In this document: one piece after another, positions 26,868-41,100 of the stretch | How the letters are laid out: the number at the start of each line of letters is the position of its first letter | Position numbering within the stretch: the first letter of the stretch is position 1 | Assembly (NCBI GenBank): GCA_023231475.1 | Contig: JALJEE010001568.1 | Coordinates: 1 to 48,261 of the forward strand | Direction: 5' to 3' | Length of the DNA: 48,261 nucleotides | Origin: Seison nebaliae | Lineage: Eukaryota | The notes under the pieces: generated by a model | What the model saw: the letters and a program-made list of their open reading frames with translations, nothing else | What the model was told of the DNA's origin: nothing | The model's database searches: none | Position numbers and translations under genes: made by a program

Positions 26868-28152
26868 AGAATTCATCAACTAATTTATAGAGTTGCAATA
26901 ATAACTATTATTCTTATTAACAGTTTCCCATCTAACCTTCACTTAATACATCTCATCAATTAACTTTATCTAATGACAATAAATTGTAAAAAAAATAAAA
27001 AATTTCAAATTTTTCTTTCCTTCTGACAATGAGATTAATAATAAAAAAAGATTTATTCTGATAATATTTTTGTTCGTTTTATAATTAAAAATAATTAATA
27101 ATTAATAATAATTTGATGTTCTCTGTGTTTGATGATGATGCTGACGATTATTCATCGATATGAATAGAAAGTGATTAAGAAAACATGGAGAAAAAAGTAC
27201 AAGAATAAAAGAAATTTAGTTCGTATAAAAAAGGCATTTGATGTAGAATGGATAATAAATGATAAGAGTAAGAGGAGTAATGAAGTGGAGTGGAGTTGTT
27301 TAACTAGATATGAATAGAGAAAACGGAGAATTCGAAGATATCTCGAAATTTGACGATTAATATAAATATGATAACAAATAAATAAGTTTTTTTCTTCTTA
27401 TTCGTTCTCAGATAAGTGCCATTTTTTAAATAGATGAGTTGAAATGAAATGAGAAATAATACGTGAAAAAGAGAAATATATAAATATCGAAATCGTCATT
27501 CTAAATTCAATGTAATTGTTTCATTCTCAATTTTCCATTTGACAGAATGGGATCGATGTCGTCCCATTTGAATGATGATGGAACTAAAATAAAAGTGGTT
27601 ATCGTTGAAAGAAAAAAAGGATGGAGAAGAATTGGAACAAGAAGAATTCTTGAAAACAACAAGATTTGTAAAAGGAAATGGATGTCGACTAACGGAGTGG
27701 GCGAGATGTGTGTGCAAATTGTGAAAAATGAATTTTTTTAACAAGAAAATTCATGAGAAAAAATTGAAAAAAATAAAAAATGAAAATATATCGATTGCTC
27801 GAATTGGTAGATGAGGAATAGAAGAATTTGCGGTTTGAAATGAGTGATTTGCAAAAGAAGATGCAAAAGCAAATCGATGATTGTGGAAGTGAAGGAAAAA
27901 ATGAATAAAATTATTAGAAACTGTTCATTCGAATTTTGTTGTGTGAAATGGGAGTTGAAGAAGTAGGGGAAAAATAATAAGATTGATGAGATTCCATGAT
28001 ATTCGTATTTAGTATTAATTCTTCCGGAGCAAAGCAAAACGATATTTGTGGGAAAGAATCATCGAAAATATACAAAAAAGGAAAATTTAATTGTCATTCG
28101 AATTGAATTGAGTGAAAGCATGAAAATTTGGTGGGGATAAGTGGAATAGATG

Positions 28153-28307
28153 TTATCTATTCGAATTAATCAATTCCGCAAAACTGGGAAGAGTTTGTTC
28201 GTTTAAATTAAATGAATCCATTTCATCATTCATCAAATAATCGTTATATTGAGAATTGCGATGCATCGTTCCACAATTTCCATCAATATTATTGTTTGGA
28301 GGATGAA

Positions 28308-28341
<34 letters not shown>

Positions 28342-29292
28342 GTTGTTGTTTGTCACCGAATTCATCATATCGTCGGATTGGGCGGTGGATGTTCGATCGA
28401 AATTATATGACGATGATAAATCGGATGATAACATCATGGAATTGTTACCAAACAACTCGTAATTATCAGGTAGGAAGAGTGGATTAGATGGAGATCGAGT
28501 GTCTCCAATACTCGACATAAAATCGTCGAGTGGTGATTGTAAATCAGTTGTGGATAATTTATCGGTATCAAAAACATCTGATGGAAATGAATTTAACTGA
28601 TTATTATTCGACTGCTGATGATTCGTGTTGTTGTTGTTGTTGTTGATGTTATTGAGATTATTATTACAATGAGTAATGAGTGATGAATCGATAGATTGAT
28701 CGGTGACATTTGATGGTTCCATCGATTTTGGATGTTGTATTGGATCATTTGACATCAGATAATTATTATTAGATGTAGATTGGAGTGAGATGTGACGATT
28801 AAATGAAGATATTTGTTGATGTCGATTCGGTTGATCGTCAGTCGATTGTGATGATGTGATGATGGAGGAAGTACGATAAGATTCTGATTGTTGTGCCAAA
28901 TCGACGAGATTTGATGACATCGTTCGATGATTTGAATACGATGACGAATTGGGTTGAGAATAAGAATATGGATCATTCAAGAAATTTTGAGATGATAAAG
29001 GAACGGAAGATATCGGATTGTCTATCGATGTTAATAAGGAACCATTAAATTGACCGTTTCCATTTCCGTTCGACGATTTCTCATTCAATTGATCATATTT
29101 CATATTATTCGTTCTAACATTTGGATTCTGATCAAAATTCTTATTCTCAATTTTAATTTTCGATTCCATATTATTCTTATTAACATAATTAATGTTACCA
29201 TTGTTGTTGTTGTTGTTGATGGTTTGATATTGTGATGAATTATTATTTGATAATTTTGTTCCATTAGAATAATTTGAATTATTTATCGAATA

Positions 29293-29339
<47 letters not shown>

Positions 29340-30993
29340 GATTTGTTGATTTGGATGAATTGATAGATGTATCATGTTGAGTGAGAAGATTATCTCTCCT
29401 ATGTATTATTCGATATTGCTTCTCTTGTTGCTGATGTCGATGGAAATCGGATCGTGAAAATCCATGCTCTTCATCAGAACTTAACGACAATAAATCTTCA
29501 TCATCATCACCAGATTCCGGATCACTGAATGGTAAAGGATCAACACCAATCCTACCTCTCATTTGTGAAGGATTGTTGTTCATGTACAACGAATTGACCC
29601 TCGTCGACGGTGAGGTGGTGACGGGGATGGAAATTGATGATTTATTAATAGATGATTGACAATTAATATCATCTGAATATTTTCTCATCGATATCGATTC
29701 ATTTCCATAATCATTCGTAGAATTGAGAAGAGAAACGGATGAATTCGATGGTTTCCTTATTGATTCATTTCGACAATTCTTCAATTTCATCGACGATGAC
29801 GTTATCACATTATTTGAATTGGACGTATTATTATTATTATTATTTTGTTGTTGTTGTTGTTGTTTTCTCGCTTTGAATGGTGATGATAATTTAGTTGAAT
29901 GATGCATCACATTCTCTGCTGGTACTTGTGATGTTATATTCATTTTTCCAGATTTCATCAAATTCAATAATTCCGGTTGAGTCATTGAGAGACGAAGAGC
30001 GTCATAAAAATCTTCTTGTTTATCAGAAAATATACAATCGATAATACATGACATTGTCGGTTTAATTTTCCAGACGTGTACAGATTTCCGACCGTTTCCT
30101 GGTGACATACTCACTTCGAATTTATCAAAACTCTTTCCCACCGACAAATTATGACGAATGGCATTCTTCCATGTACCTTGTGCTGATTTGAAATGAGAGA
30201 AATTGTTTGAGAAGAATGAATAAATTTCTGACATAGTCAAATATCCTTGTTTGCTATTATGGAGAGCAAGAGCTATCATTCCATTATAAGTGATTGGTGG
30301 ACGAGCAACACGTCCATTCTCATTATGAGGCAATGGTGGATCAAATGATCGATTCGATGTGGAATTTGAATGAATAGTCGATGTCGATAATGGTTGTGTC
30401 AACATATTTGATGAATTTGATAATTTAGTTCCCGATGTTGTTGTTGTTGTTGTTTGTGTTCGATATGATGATGTTGAAATAAAGACGGATGTTGGTACAC
30501 CACCAAACGATGACGTTACTAAGAGAGAAGTGGTGGTAGAAGATGGAGAAGAGGATGTCAGATATTTATCATCAACAATCATTTTCCTGGTGGGATCACA
30601 ACTCAAATAATTCGTTGTTGATGTTACAGTTGATGTGGATATTCCATTAAAATCATTAAAATTCTTCTTTGCTCGTTTGGCTCGTGGTACATTGGTTTTA
30701 TGATTGGAGGGGATGAAATTGCCGTTAGATTGAGAGAGTTTCGTTGGATTAAATGACGATCGTTTCTGCAATTCATCTGATGGTGGACGATTGAATGAAT
30801 GATCACCATTCTTCTCCATCAAATCATTTTTGGAGAATTGATTATTCTTGAGAATATAGACGTGATTCTTCTTTATGAGATAAGTTTCACCAGGTGGAGG
30901 AACATACGATTGTGGCACTTTTACCAATTGCTCCTTATACATTTCATCTGAATTCTGATCCGTCGACATTATCTTATTATGATTATTCAATAA

Positions 30994-31028
<35 letters not shown>

Positions 31029-31668
31029 TTTGATGATTCATTGAAGTTGTCGTGATTGTTGTTGTTGTTGTTTGGTGGATAGTTGTGGTTGAATTTGAAG
31101 AAAATAAATTATTATTCATTTTTCTTTCACATTTTATTTGATGATTATTAAACGGTCGATTAGTATTATTCGGATGTTGTTGTTGTTGTTGTTGTTGTTG
31201 TTGTGATAATGTTGTATCCACATTATCGAATGGTGATGTTCGTCGATGATCGTCAGAACAACGACCATTTGATCGATTGGAGAATGGACTAGGATAACTT
31301 ACCGGAACTCTTTGATTCGTCTCATAATAATCAGGATATATTCCATTTTTCGTTATTGAACTATCAAATGAATTCGAATGATATATACCACTGTTATTGT
31401 TGTTGTTCATGATTAGATTTCCATTCAAATGATTATTATTAATTAAATGTTCATTCATATTCATATTTCCATTGTTCATCATGTTATTGTTGTTGTTGTT
31501 GTTATTTGTTCGTTGATATCCATTTCGTTTATCATCATAATACGAATTGGTATTTGATTGCCATCGATTACACATTCGTTGAGTTGGTGATGTGGTTGCT
31601 GTACCGGTTAACGGTTCTTGTTTCACTTTATTCATCGACTTCTGATTCATATCCATTGATTGAAGCAT
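28153..31668 (-). CDS. FoxN1/4: Forkhead transcription factor, FoxN1/4-like, intronless, Asn/Gln-rich
   Basis: RPPITYNGMIALALHNSKQGYLTMSEIYSF...WKNAIRHNLS...VWKIKP, followed by ALRLSMTQPELL, which resembles the post-forkhead motif of FoxN1/4. Confidence 0.85.
29293..29338. repeat. (ATT)n microsatellite encoding poly-Asn in FoxN
   Basis: Pure ATT run of about 15 units; several similar AAT/AAC/CAA tracts occur in the same ORF. Confidence 0.9.
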
Positions 31669-32448
31669 CTTTCACTAATTTCAATCAATTCATTTCCGTT
31701 TATTTTCGTCTTCCCAAAAGAAACTCACTCCGCTCAACAATTCCACAGGAATATTATTTGATTTGTTCGAAAAATAACTTTCTGACAAGAATGCGTTACA
31801 AATTCATTTTCATCCCTCACTCTTCTACTTTCACTTCATAAAATAAAGAAACATAAAAAAAATTAATTTAAATAATTTCTTTAAATAACAAGAAAAGAAG
31901 ATCCAAAAATTTATTCAAGTAGAATTACTATAAAAAAATGCAGATCCCAAAAAATTATTACAGAAAATTCATTCAAACAAAGAGGGAATTTCAGAAAGCA
32001 CAAGATACAAATCGTAATTAAATTTTTCCTAATGAGATAATGGAATTAAAATCCGTCAAATATTCCATTGACAAAATTCCATCCGATTCCACCTGATAAT
32101 TTAGTCATCTAATCCAATCATGGACTACATATAAATCCTCATTCATTTCACATCGAACAGTTGGAATCAAATCACTTTCGCCCCATCATTAACATACAAC
32201 GATAAATGATGTGCACAAAAAAAAATCGTACATCCGTATTTAATTGCAATTTAATTTCACATACGGCTAAATAACTACGATCGACTGTTGTTGTTGTTCA
32301 TCGGCGAATCAGTCTCTCATTTTATCTCTCTTTACCATTCTCGCTTTTATTTCAAATTCGAATATTTGGCTTAGTCAAATCAACGCTGTTAGCAGTGCAT
32401 CTCAACCTCAATTATTTTGAACGTTCAATTTTTATTTACTTCTTTTCC

Positions 32449-32962
32449 ATGATGCCGATTGCGAGACAATCGACGAAATTATTTCGTCCAATTATCCAAA
32501 GTTAAATATCATTACATTTATATTCATCATTCTCCTTCTTCAGATAAGCAATTAGTTAAGAGTTTCTGTATATCCTCTACACTCAACGGAGGTGATCATC
32601 ATGATCGCGAACCGTTATTAGTCGATTTGCAACATAAGAGTACTATGGATTATTTGGCAGCACCATCAGTTCATCATCATTTTGAAAATATCTTCTATTT
32701 AATTTACATTTATTTAGGGATCGTGGAAGAAAAATTATGATACTAATCAAAAAATCTACAATTTACTTTTCATTGGTGGTGTTGGTGGATTAGTTGGAAC
32801 GATGTTATTCGTTAGTCTTATTTATCTTCTCCTCTTTATTTAATTAATTTAATTAAGTTTTATTCACAAAATTTATTCGATTGGAATTGGAATCCCGGCA
32901 AATCCATCATCAAAAATAAGGATTTCCCTGGAGCGAAATATGTAGATGCGAAAGAAGAATAA
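32449..32962 (+). CDS. Small mitochondrial single-TM protein, Deltameth_res/prag01 family (invertebrate COX7B-like), 4 exons
   Basis: Basic N-terminal presequence, then STMDYLAAPS|GSWKKNYDTNQKIYNLLFIGGVGGLVGTMLF|FYSQNLFDWNWNP, matching TMD.LP.P.GSW...Y...Q..YN. Introns 32501-32543, 32669-32717, 32811-32857. Confidence 0.8.
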
Positions 32963-33196
32963 GTTCGTGAACATATTTGAGAGTAGATTCATTTCATAAT
33001 TTTCACTTAATAATAAATTGTGTTATTTAGAATAAATTGAAAGAAAGAATTTTTAGAATTTTTAAAAATAAAAATATTTTAAAAAAATTTTCCCGTTTTT
33101 TCCAAAATCCAAATTTTATTCTTTGAAATAATTTCAATTTAGATTATTGTTTAACATTAATATATTAGGATGTTATATTAAGAATTTTATGAGAAT

Positions 33197-33985
33197 TTAA
33201 GGTTGTTTAGAATCGTAGACGAATTTATCTTGAGCGAGTAAATGTTCGGAACCTGATTTGACGACGAAAGCGAATAAAGGAGCTGCTTTCTTTTGTTCCA
33301 TCTTTTCCAGTTTTCTTATTGTTTCTGATTCGATTCGGAAATAATTCTTTACAATATTCTCCGTATATTTCGAATAAATATAAAGTGACGTAACTCCAAT
33401 AAAAAGGACTATGCCGATGAGGAGACAAATTATATAAAATATCGTCACAAAATTATCGGTCACGAGATGTCGTTCAAACTCTTCCGAATCAGCATAAACA
33501 TGAATCGTATAGGAACATCTCTCCGTTGGTTTGTAAGTCAACCAACAAAGTATTTCTAACGTATCTCCGGGACCTAATTGAAACGACAAAATTTTCCATC
33601 AAAACGGAAAAAAAACTTAAATTTAATTGAGAGTAGGCTGGTGGTGAACAACTGATTTCAGATGACGCATCAGTTATCAATCCTGGAAAGACAATTAATT
33701 CCTTCTTAACGTTTTTCTTCTTATTTTTCATCTAATTTAGTGAATTTATCGGAATTAATTTCAATAACAATCGACAACTTTAATCAATTCATCAGGAATA
33801 TAAATTTTGGAAGAATTCATCACTTCTTTCATCGAATAAATTTTCAATTTCTTCGATTTTATTGGCAAGATGTTCGACGGATCAATATTAATATCAGGCA
33901 TACATTTCAACAGTTTGTTCGTATAAGACGAGCACGATGGAAATAAAGCATATGTGAGAATTATATAAAATAATTGAATAAACAT
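33197..33985 (-). CDS. Orphan type I membrane protein, 3 exons
   Basis: Signal-like MFIQLFYIILTYALFPSCSS and TM FVTIFYIICLLIGIVLFIGVTSLYIY; introns 33732-33778 and 33574-33616 join three ORF fragments in frame. Confidence 0.65.
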
Positions 33986-34240
33986 CAGTTGGAAGTTATA
34001 AGTCGAAAATTTCTTTGTCTCTCTCTCGAAACTTTTGAGGAAAAGGAAACAAAAAAATTTTATTTTTCATTCAAATTTTCAAATTCTTAACAACAACAGT
34101 TAAGAGTGGTGAGCTTTTATTTTTCCATTTCACTTAACTTACATTATCGAACAAGATACAGAGTACTGAAAATTCATAAATTTCTTTCCATTTTTCCAAT
34201 AGACAATAGACTCATTGTTGTCATTATTAATTGAACAACG

Positions 34241-34697
34241 ATGACGATAATTAAAGCAAACAAGCCTAAGATATTGAAGAAACGAACGAAAAGATTCATT
34301 CGACATCAGAGTGATCGATATGTTAAAGTGAAACCGAATTGGAGGAAACCAAAAGGTATCGATAATCGTGTACGACGACGATTCAAAGGTCAATACAAAA
34401 TGCCTAACATCGGCTACGGTTCCAACAAGAAGACGAAATATATGTTGCCTAATGGATTCCGAAAAGTTCTCGTCAATAATATCAACGTTAAATTTTATTG
34501 TTTACGAAAATTTTTTCAATTTTATATATTATTCTTAGGAACTTGAAGTATTGTTGATGCACACGGGTAATTTTTGTGCGGAAATCGCTCACACAGTTGG
34601 CAGTGTGAAAAGGAAAGACATCGTCAGTCGAGCCGAACAATTAGGCATTTTCGTCACAAACGCCAACAGTCGTTTACGTCGGGAAGATAATGAATAA
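34241..34697 (+). CDS. RPL32: 60S ribosomal protein L32 (eL32), 2 coding exons
   Basis: [38 protein letters not shown]; intron 34487-34538; second exon ELEVLLMH...AEIAH...[14 protein letters not shown]. Confidence 0.98.
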
Positions 34698-35039
34698 TTT
34701 ACTCTTCATTATTTCTTTTAAAAATAAAAATTTCGTTCAATCTTATAATTCTAATTAAATCCTAATTTATTTTTTAGATTTTAGGCAATAATTTTTTTTG
34801 TTTATTTTTTTAAAAATTTTCCCACAATTTTTTTTTGGTTAATTATTAGGCAACTATTTTGAATGTTTAATATGATAATCAGTTAATGATAAGATATTAT
34901 GTTATGTTATTTGAATGTGAAGCTTGATTCCATTAAATTTTTGTTCTATTTAATTTTCCTAAAGAATTTAACTTTCCAACACGAAAGGAATGGATTAGAT
35001 AATTATTTGTTTTTGTTTGTCTTTTTCTTTTGATTTGTG

Positions 35040-36779
35040 ATGATATTAATTGTGGAAAAAGAAGACAGTTACCATGTGGTGGGTAATGCATATAACGGGA
35101 AGGAATTGTACGAATTAATCGTTAAGAACGAATATATGAAACATAGAGCACGGGAATGGAGATCAAGAAAACCGTTCCAATTCCGTTCGTTCCATGAAAA
35201 ACAAGGATTATTGTATGTAGTGCAGAATGATTATGTTTTTGTTCATATCCCTTTAAATTATTCATATTGTGAATTAAATGATCGTTTGGGAGAGGAACGA
35301 TTAAATTCGTTTGATGATTATTCTGATTTGATGAATCGTTATAGTTACGAGAAGATTCAGTCGATGAGAAATGATTCTCATCATAATCTATTCATCGATA
35401 AAGTGAAGAATGATATAAATACATCAATTCCCAGATATGTAGCATCAGATGAAGCGACGACTTGTCATATTATTCTCTTCTATTCTCCGATTATTCATTC
35501 GATTTCACTTGCTCATCTCGATGGTTCTTATACGATGGAAGATGTCATTTATGAATCATTGATGAGTTTCCATCAGAAATTCGCAATCGATTTAAAGAAT
35601 TTCATTCATTCATATCAAACTGATGATAATTCGAATGAGGAAATCATTCGACGATTCTTATCATCGACTAAATTGAAAAAAGAAATTCAACAATTCTTCC
35701 CCAGAGATCAACGTTCACATCGAATGAAACGATATATAGAGAGTCGATACAAGAAATTAATCGAATTTAATGAAGAAACATCGAAATCGAACAAACGGAA
35801 TCATTTCGATCTATCCATTCGTTCCGTCTACAGGACGTGGACGATGAGAGAACGAATGAGAATTATCAGGAAAAATATTTACGAGAAATTATTGAGAAAT
35901 TTGAGAATTCTCATTGAGAATTTTCTCGGGAAATTAAACGATCGACATCATATATGGAATGAGAAGAGATTTATGAAGAAAATTCAAGAAATTCTCTTGA
36001 GAGACAACATGAAATTGAACGAACTTGAATGTTATTTAGTTTTCGTGTTAATTCTCTTCAATCTCATCGAAGAAATCACTTCTGGTCTCACCATTCACAC
36101 TTACATCGCTGGTGGTTTCTATCACGATGAACGTAGCCTCAAATTAAGTTTCTCCTTACTCTCAGCACTTCATTTATACGATGAACGTTTCTTCCTCAAA
36201 CTATTTGTCTGTTCCGATCTCAATTCAAATCGAATAGAAAAAAATTCAGATTCCGTTTATTTTCCATGTGTTTCTGGTCTGTTGTTTGATGTGAAAGAAG
36301 GAAATATTATGTCCACACTAATTCAAATATCACAACCGATTATTAATGAGAGAATTTATCGGAAATATTATCAAAATCCATCGATCTCTTCATGGATCTC
36401 TCATTCCGCTCTACTTAAATTACCATCGATTAATCTTAATGACATCTCGTCATTGACTGATCGTTATTCAGATTATGAATGGGTTGATGATAAACAATTA
36501 TTATCCGCTATCTCCACTTCACCCGAACAAGAAGCGCCACATTTTGTCGAAGCACTTCACCATATGAGACGATGGTTGAAGAAATCGGTACAATTTTATG
36601 AGAATAACAATTTCATCAATCTCAAACAATTGAAAGACTCCACCACTTCCATTACAGCTCCATCCGTCACCTTCAACTCGAGAGTGGTTGTTCCTGATCT
36701 ATATTTAACTTTAATCGACGGCAATTGGACAAGAACATCACCTCCACTCTTCAATCAAGCAACTCAATGTAATTTATAG
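35040..36779 (+). CDS. NTAN1: Protein N-terminal asparagine amidohydrolase with large insertions, intronless
   Basis: GLLYVVQ, SDEATTCH (catalytic Cys motif), LAHLDG, YIAGGF and STSPEQEAPHFVE are collinear with NTAN1 motifs. Confidence 0.88.
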   Translation: MILIVEKEDSYHVVGNAYNGKELYELIVKNEYMKHRAREWRSRKPFQFRSFHEKQGLLYVVQNDYVFVHIPLNYSYCELNDRLGEERLNSFDDYSDLMNRYSYEKIQSMRNDSHHNLFIDKVKNDINTSIPRYVASDEATTCHIILFYSPIIHSISLAHLDGSYTMEDVIYESLMSFHQKFAIDLKNFIHSYQTDDNSNEEIIRRFLSSTKLKKEIQQFFPRDQRSHRMKRYIESRYKKLIEFNEETSKSNKRNHFDLSIRSVYRTWTMRERMRIIRKNIYEKLLRNLRILIENFLGKLNDRHHIWNEKRFMKKIQEILLRDNMKLNELECYLVFVLILFNLIEEITSGLTIHTYIAGGFYHDERSLKLSFSLLSALHLYDERFFLKLFVCSDLNSNRIEKNSDSVYFPCVSGLLFDVKEGNIMSTLIQISQPIINERIYRKYYQNPSISSWISHSALLKLPSINLNDISSLTDRYSDYEWVDDKQLLSAISTSPEQEAPHFVEALHHMRRWLKKSVQFYENNNFINLKQLKDSTTSITAPSVTFNSRVVVPDLYLTLIDGNWTRTSPPLFNQATQCNL

Positions 36780-38145
36780 TTTTATCCAAATAAAATTTTT
36801 TTTGCTTATTTAAATATTCTGAAATTCTTTAATATTTCATTCTATGTCGGTTTTGTTGGAAAAAAATATCGGAAATTTTTTTTCAGTTTTGTCCTAAAAT
36901 TGTTTCTTTGAAATTTTTCAATTTGTTCTTTGATTTGATAAGAGAATTGATAAATTTGTTTTATGAATGAATCATTGATAAATGGCATCTATACGTGAAG
37001 AAGAAAAAAAAGGAGAAGGAATTGGGAAAATAAATAGATTTTAATATAATATTTAATATATTCCTTTTCTACGATCGATTATTGATCGAAGAATTTAAAT
37101 AAAGAATTATGTTCGTCCATTAACATAGAAAAGGAATCATGAAATTTCTATTAATCTTCTTCGCGAGGAAAAAAAAATAAATGAATAAACCATTCAAATT
37201 CCTGAGGAAATTGAAAGAATATAAATATTTTTTTTGGATTGGGATATAATTGGGAGAAAGAAGATAAAATGAGAAATATTCGAACTGTTTGAGAATATAT
37301 TAAAGTTAACTCTGCAAAAAGAAAGGAAACGAAAAAACAAACTGATTTGCAACTGATAAGAAGACGAACGAATTTTATCAGAAGAAGATTTAATGAAGAA
37401 GAAACATTTAACGAAAAGAAGACAGAAAGTTAAAAATTTTTCTTTTTTTTGTTGATTAAAACGAATAAATAAAATAAACTGGAGAGAGGAAGAAGAAAAA
37501 AGAAAGTTTAACGAAGAAACGAACAAACAAAAAAATAAATAAATTAATAAATAAAAATAGACTCGAAATGATAAAAGAAAAAGTTCTTCACTCTTCACCA
37601 TCGTTCTGGTGTCGATAAAATGTGTGTGAGGACATGTAAATGTCATTTTTGAAAAATGATTTATCTTTTCTTTCCCATCAATTCCTTTTTAGAGAATTGA
37701 TGTTTTTGAATGATGATGAAAAGAATCGATTGAATTGTTATCGATCGATTAATGGAGGAAGAATTAACAAGAAATTAATTTCGGATCAGAATGTGAAAGA
37801 TAACGAGTTTGTTTTTGTTTTTGTTTTTGTAGAGAAGAGAGGAAATTGAATAAAAGAAGATTATTATTATCATAAAAAGAAAGAAGAATAGAATTCTTGA
37901 CTGATAACAATAATGAATAAAAATAAGAAACAAAATTTTAACAGATAAATAATATGATTCGACATTGTCAAAATTTAACTTAATTGAATTTGTTGAAAAA
38001 GGAAAGAATGTTGACACTTCCTCACTGCCGTTTCTCGTTCACACTCCAATTTTCACAATTCCCTAACAAAATGTGTAACGTGGGTAATTTGTGAAAATTG
38101 TGTATGTGTGTCTGTTTCTACGTGTTTAGGGGAGAATGTGAAATC

Positions 38146-41100
38146 TCAAAAATAATCGTCATCTTTCAACTTGTCGGATGCGCGATCTGTCGACGTTGAA
38201 CAACGAAGGGAATTGGCATAAGTGGGCATTCGAATACGATTATTATTCGTTTTGTTCTGTTGCTGACCGTTCATCTGATATTTGGAGGTTGAAGAGATTT
38301 GTGGCAAATGCTGTTGTTGAATTAATTGATTATTCACTGTCGATGAGGGCGAAGTGTGGGAAGTGGAAGAAGATGATGATATTGTTAATGGAATCGATGG
38401 ATTGTTGTTGTTGTTGTTTGATGGATATAAATCGAATTTATAAATATAAATACGACAATCTTTCGAAGCGAGTGCCATTGTGTTGTGATCGATAAGAGCG
38501 ACATCGAAACATTGACAATGTTTTACTCGACTCTCCACCGCTTTAATTCGTTCGTTATTCGAATTGTAAATTGTTAAGTTGAAGTTATTATGATTATCGG
38601 CTATGATGACTTCGTCATTACCTCTCGTATTGATGAGGACACCAATTGGATAATTGGTGACACCTTCCTGCCCAATTTGATACACGAACACTCCATCATA
38701 TGTGAAAACTTTGACACAATGTGCACGATTATCACTAATGAAAATTTGTTGTTTCTTGTTACAAGCAATGTCGTTGGGGAAGTCCAACATTTTTGTACAA
38801 GTGAACTTACTCACTATCTCTCCCGTGCACGTAAATATGATAACTCTCATCACCTAGATAATGGAATAGAATGAAGAAAGAAAGAAAAATAGGAACTTTA
38901 CATTCTACCACAATTATATTCGAATCGTCGTCGACACAAATACCCCTCGGATGTTGCAATGTGTTAGCACCGAATTTTCGAATGAAATGACCGTCTCTAG
39001 TAAATAATTGAATTTGATGAGTTGGTGATCGTTCGGTGATAACGATATCATTCGTTTTGGGAACGATTGCAACCCGATTGGGATAATGTAATTGTCCGTC
39101 CAATTTTCCGGGAACTCCAAATGAAAATTTAAAATTACCTTTTTGATCAAATAATTGAATTCGATGATTGTTCGTATCAGCAATGATGATATCACCATCA
39201 GGGAAAACGGCAATTCCACTCGGTTCGGAAAATTGACCATTGTTCGTTCCATTCTCACCAAATTTCATATGATAAACGATCTTTTGTCGAGGAATTGATG
39301 ATTTACTTGACGATGATGATGACGACTGATGTTGTGCTGGTTGTGATTGTGTTTGTTGTAATTGCTGTTCTATCATTGGATGTGTCGAATCTGATAAATG
39401 ATCATTGTTATCGTTAAATTTTTGTATTGGATCGTCTGAAGTGAATGGTTGCATTGAATGTGTCGAATGATTATATTGTGTTGAATTGAAATGAGATGAT
39501 TGATTATGAATGAATTGCATATCCATATGATGGTTCTTTGATATATAATTATAATTTGACGGTTGTTGTGATGATGGTTGTTGTTGTTGTTGTTGGGAAG
39601 GATAGGATCGACAATGAAAATTATTTGCAATGGCACCAGAAGTGCCAGCATTCGAATAATAATCATTACTATGTTTTGAATAATTTATTAAATTATGATT
39701 CGACGTATCACGATATGGTAATCGATCATCGACTAATGTCGATGTCGAATTACCAATTGATGGTGTTCCTCTTTGATAAATTGATGATGATGATTGTTGT
39801 TGTTGTTGTTGTTGTTGTGATTTCCATTGATGATCTTTTGATTCATATAAATTATTAGCGAAACGTCTTTGTTGTTGTTGTTGTTGTTGTTGGGGTGGAT
39901 GATGAGGATGATGTTGGGGATGATGAGAAAAATCATTTCCCATCGACTGTGAATAGAATTCATGTGATTGTTGTTGTTGTTGTTGTTGTTGTTGATGATG
40001 ATGATGATTTTTATGACTTTGATGATTATTATGTGATGAATGATGAGAATGAATACTTCCATATGGTAAACGATCGTTAGCGGATCCTGACGATGTAGTA
40101 AATGGTAGATTGACGGTGATGGTTCTCGCTCGTTCATTCATCATCGATGAATGTCCATTTGTCGATGAACTAAAACAATTCTGATGATGTTTCTCAGAAA
40201 TCATCGGCATTTTCATTAAACTATCAACATAATTATTAATTGAACATGAATTTGTTTTCGATGTCGATCGTCTCACCATCATTTGATCGTGATGTTGAGA
40301 AAATTTCTGAAATCGATTTGATTCAAATAAATTCGAATTATTCAATTCCGACGGAATATTCGACGTAATTTCTGATAATAATAATTCTAATAGAAAATTC
40401 TCAACTTTCTTCTCAATCAATTTATCGAATGTTAATGGCAATTCATCATTCCTCTCACCCATTTCTGATGATCGAAATATTTTCATTTGTTCATCATCTT
40501 CACCACCAAACGATAAATTTCCATGAGTTCCTGATCGATGATTATTATTGTTGTTGTTATTATTATTATTCTTATTATTATTAAACGATGATGTCGATGA
40601 TGATAATGAATGTGATTGTTGTGGATGCATATAAAAATGTTGATGAACATCTTTCTTCTTTCCATCATTTCCATTTGATGATTCCTGATTTTTTTGTTCT
40701 CCTCCAAATCTTTGTCCATCCATCTCATCCGATTCATTCAATTCATTAATAATCATTTGTTGCAGATATTGGAGAGTGGATAAATCATGCGAATTCATTC
40801 TCAAACTCTTCAAATGATTCCAACAGATTCTGATGGAACTCAAATGTTCGTCTTGTTGTCGAAGTAGCGAGAAAATGTTCTGCTCAATTTGTTGTCTCAT
40901 CATAATGAAATGTGGTAGATTGGATTTGGATAACGATTCGTTCATTAGACGATCATATCGTTGTAATTCCAAAAATATGGTTTTCATTTGTTTCAGATGA
41001 TATTGATATCTTGAACTCAGATAATTGACAATCGAATTGAATTTATCATTGATTCGATCTCGAATAATTAATAATAAATAAATACATCGATCAACATAAT

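Noticed and set aside
27496..28037. Short hydrophobic or Lys-rich ORFs downstream of FoxN
   Set aside because: Compositional artefacts of a probable long 3' UTR.
37194..38017. Phe/Leu-rich ORFs of 150, 69 and 80 aa
   Set aside because: U-rich brat 3' UTR sequence; I also found no let-7 seed match on the brat strand by eye.
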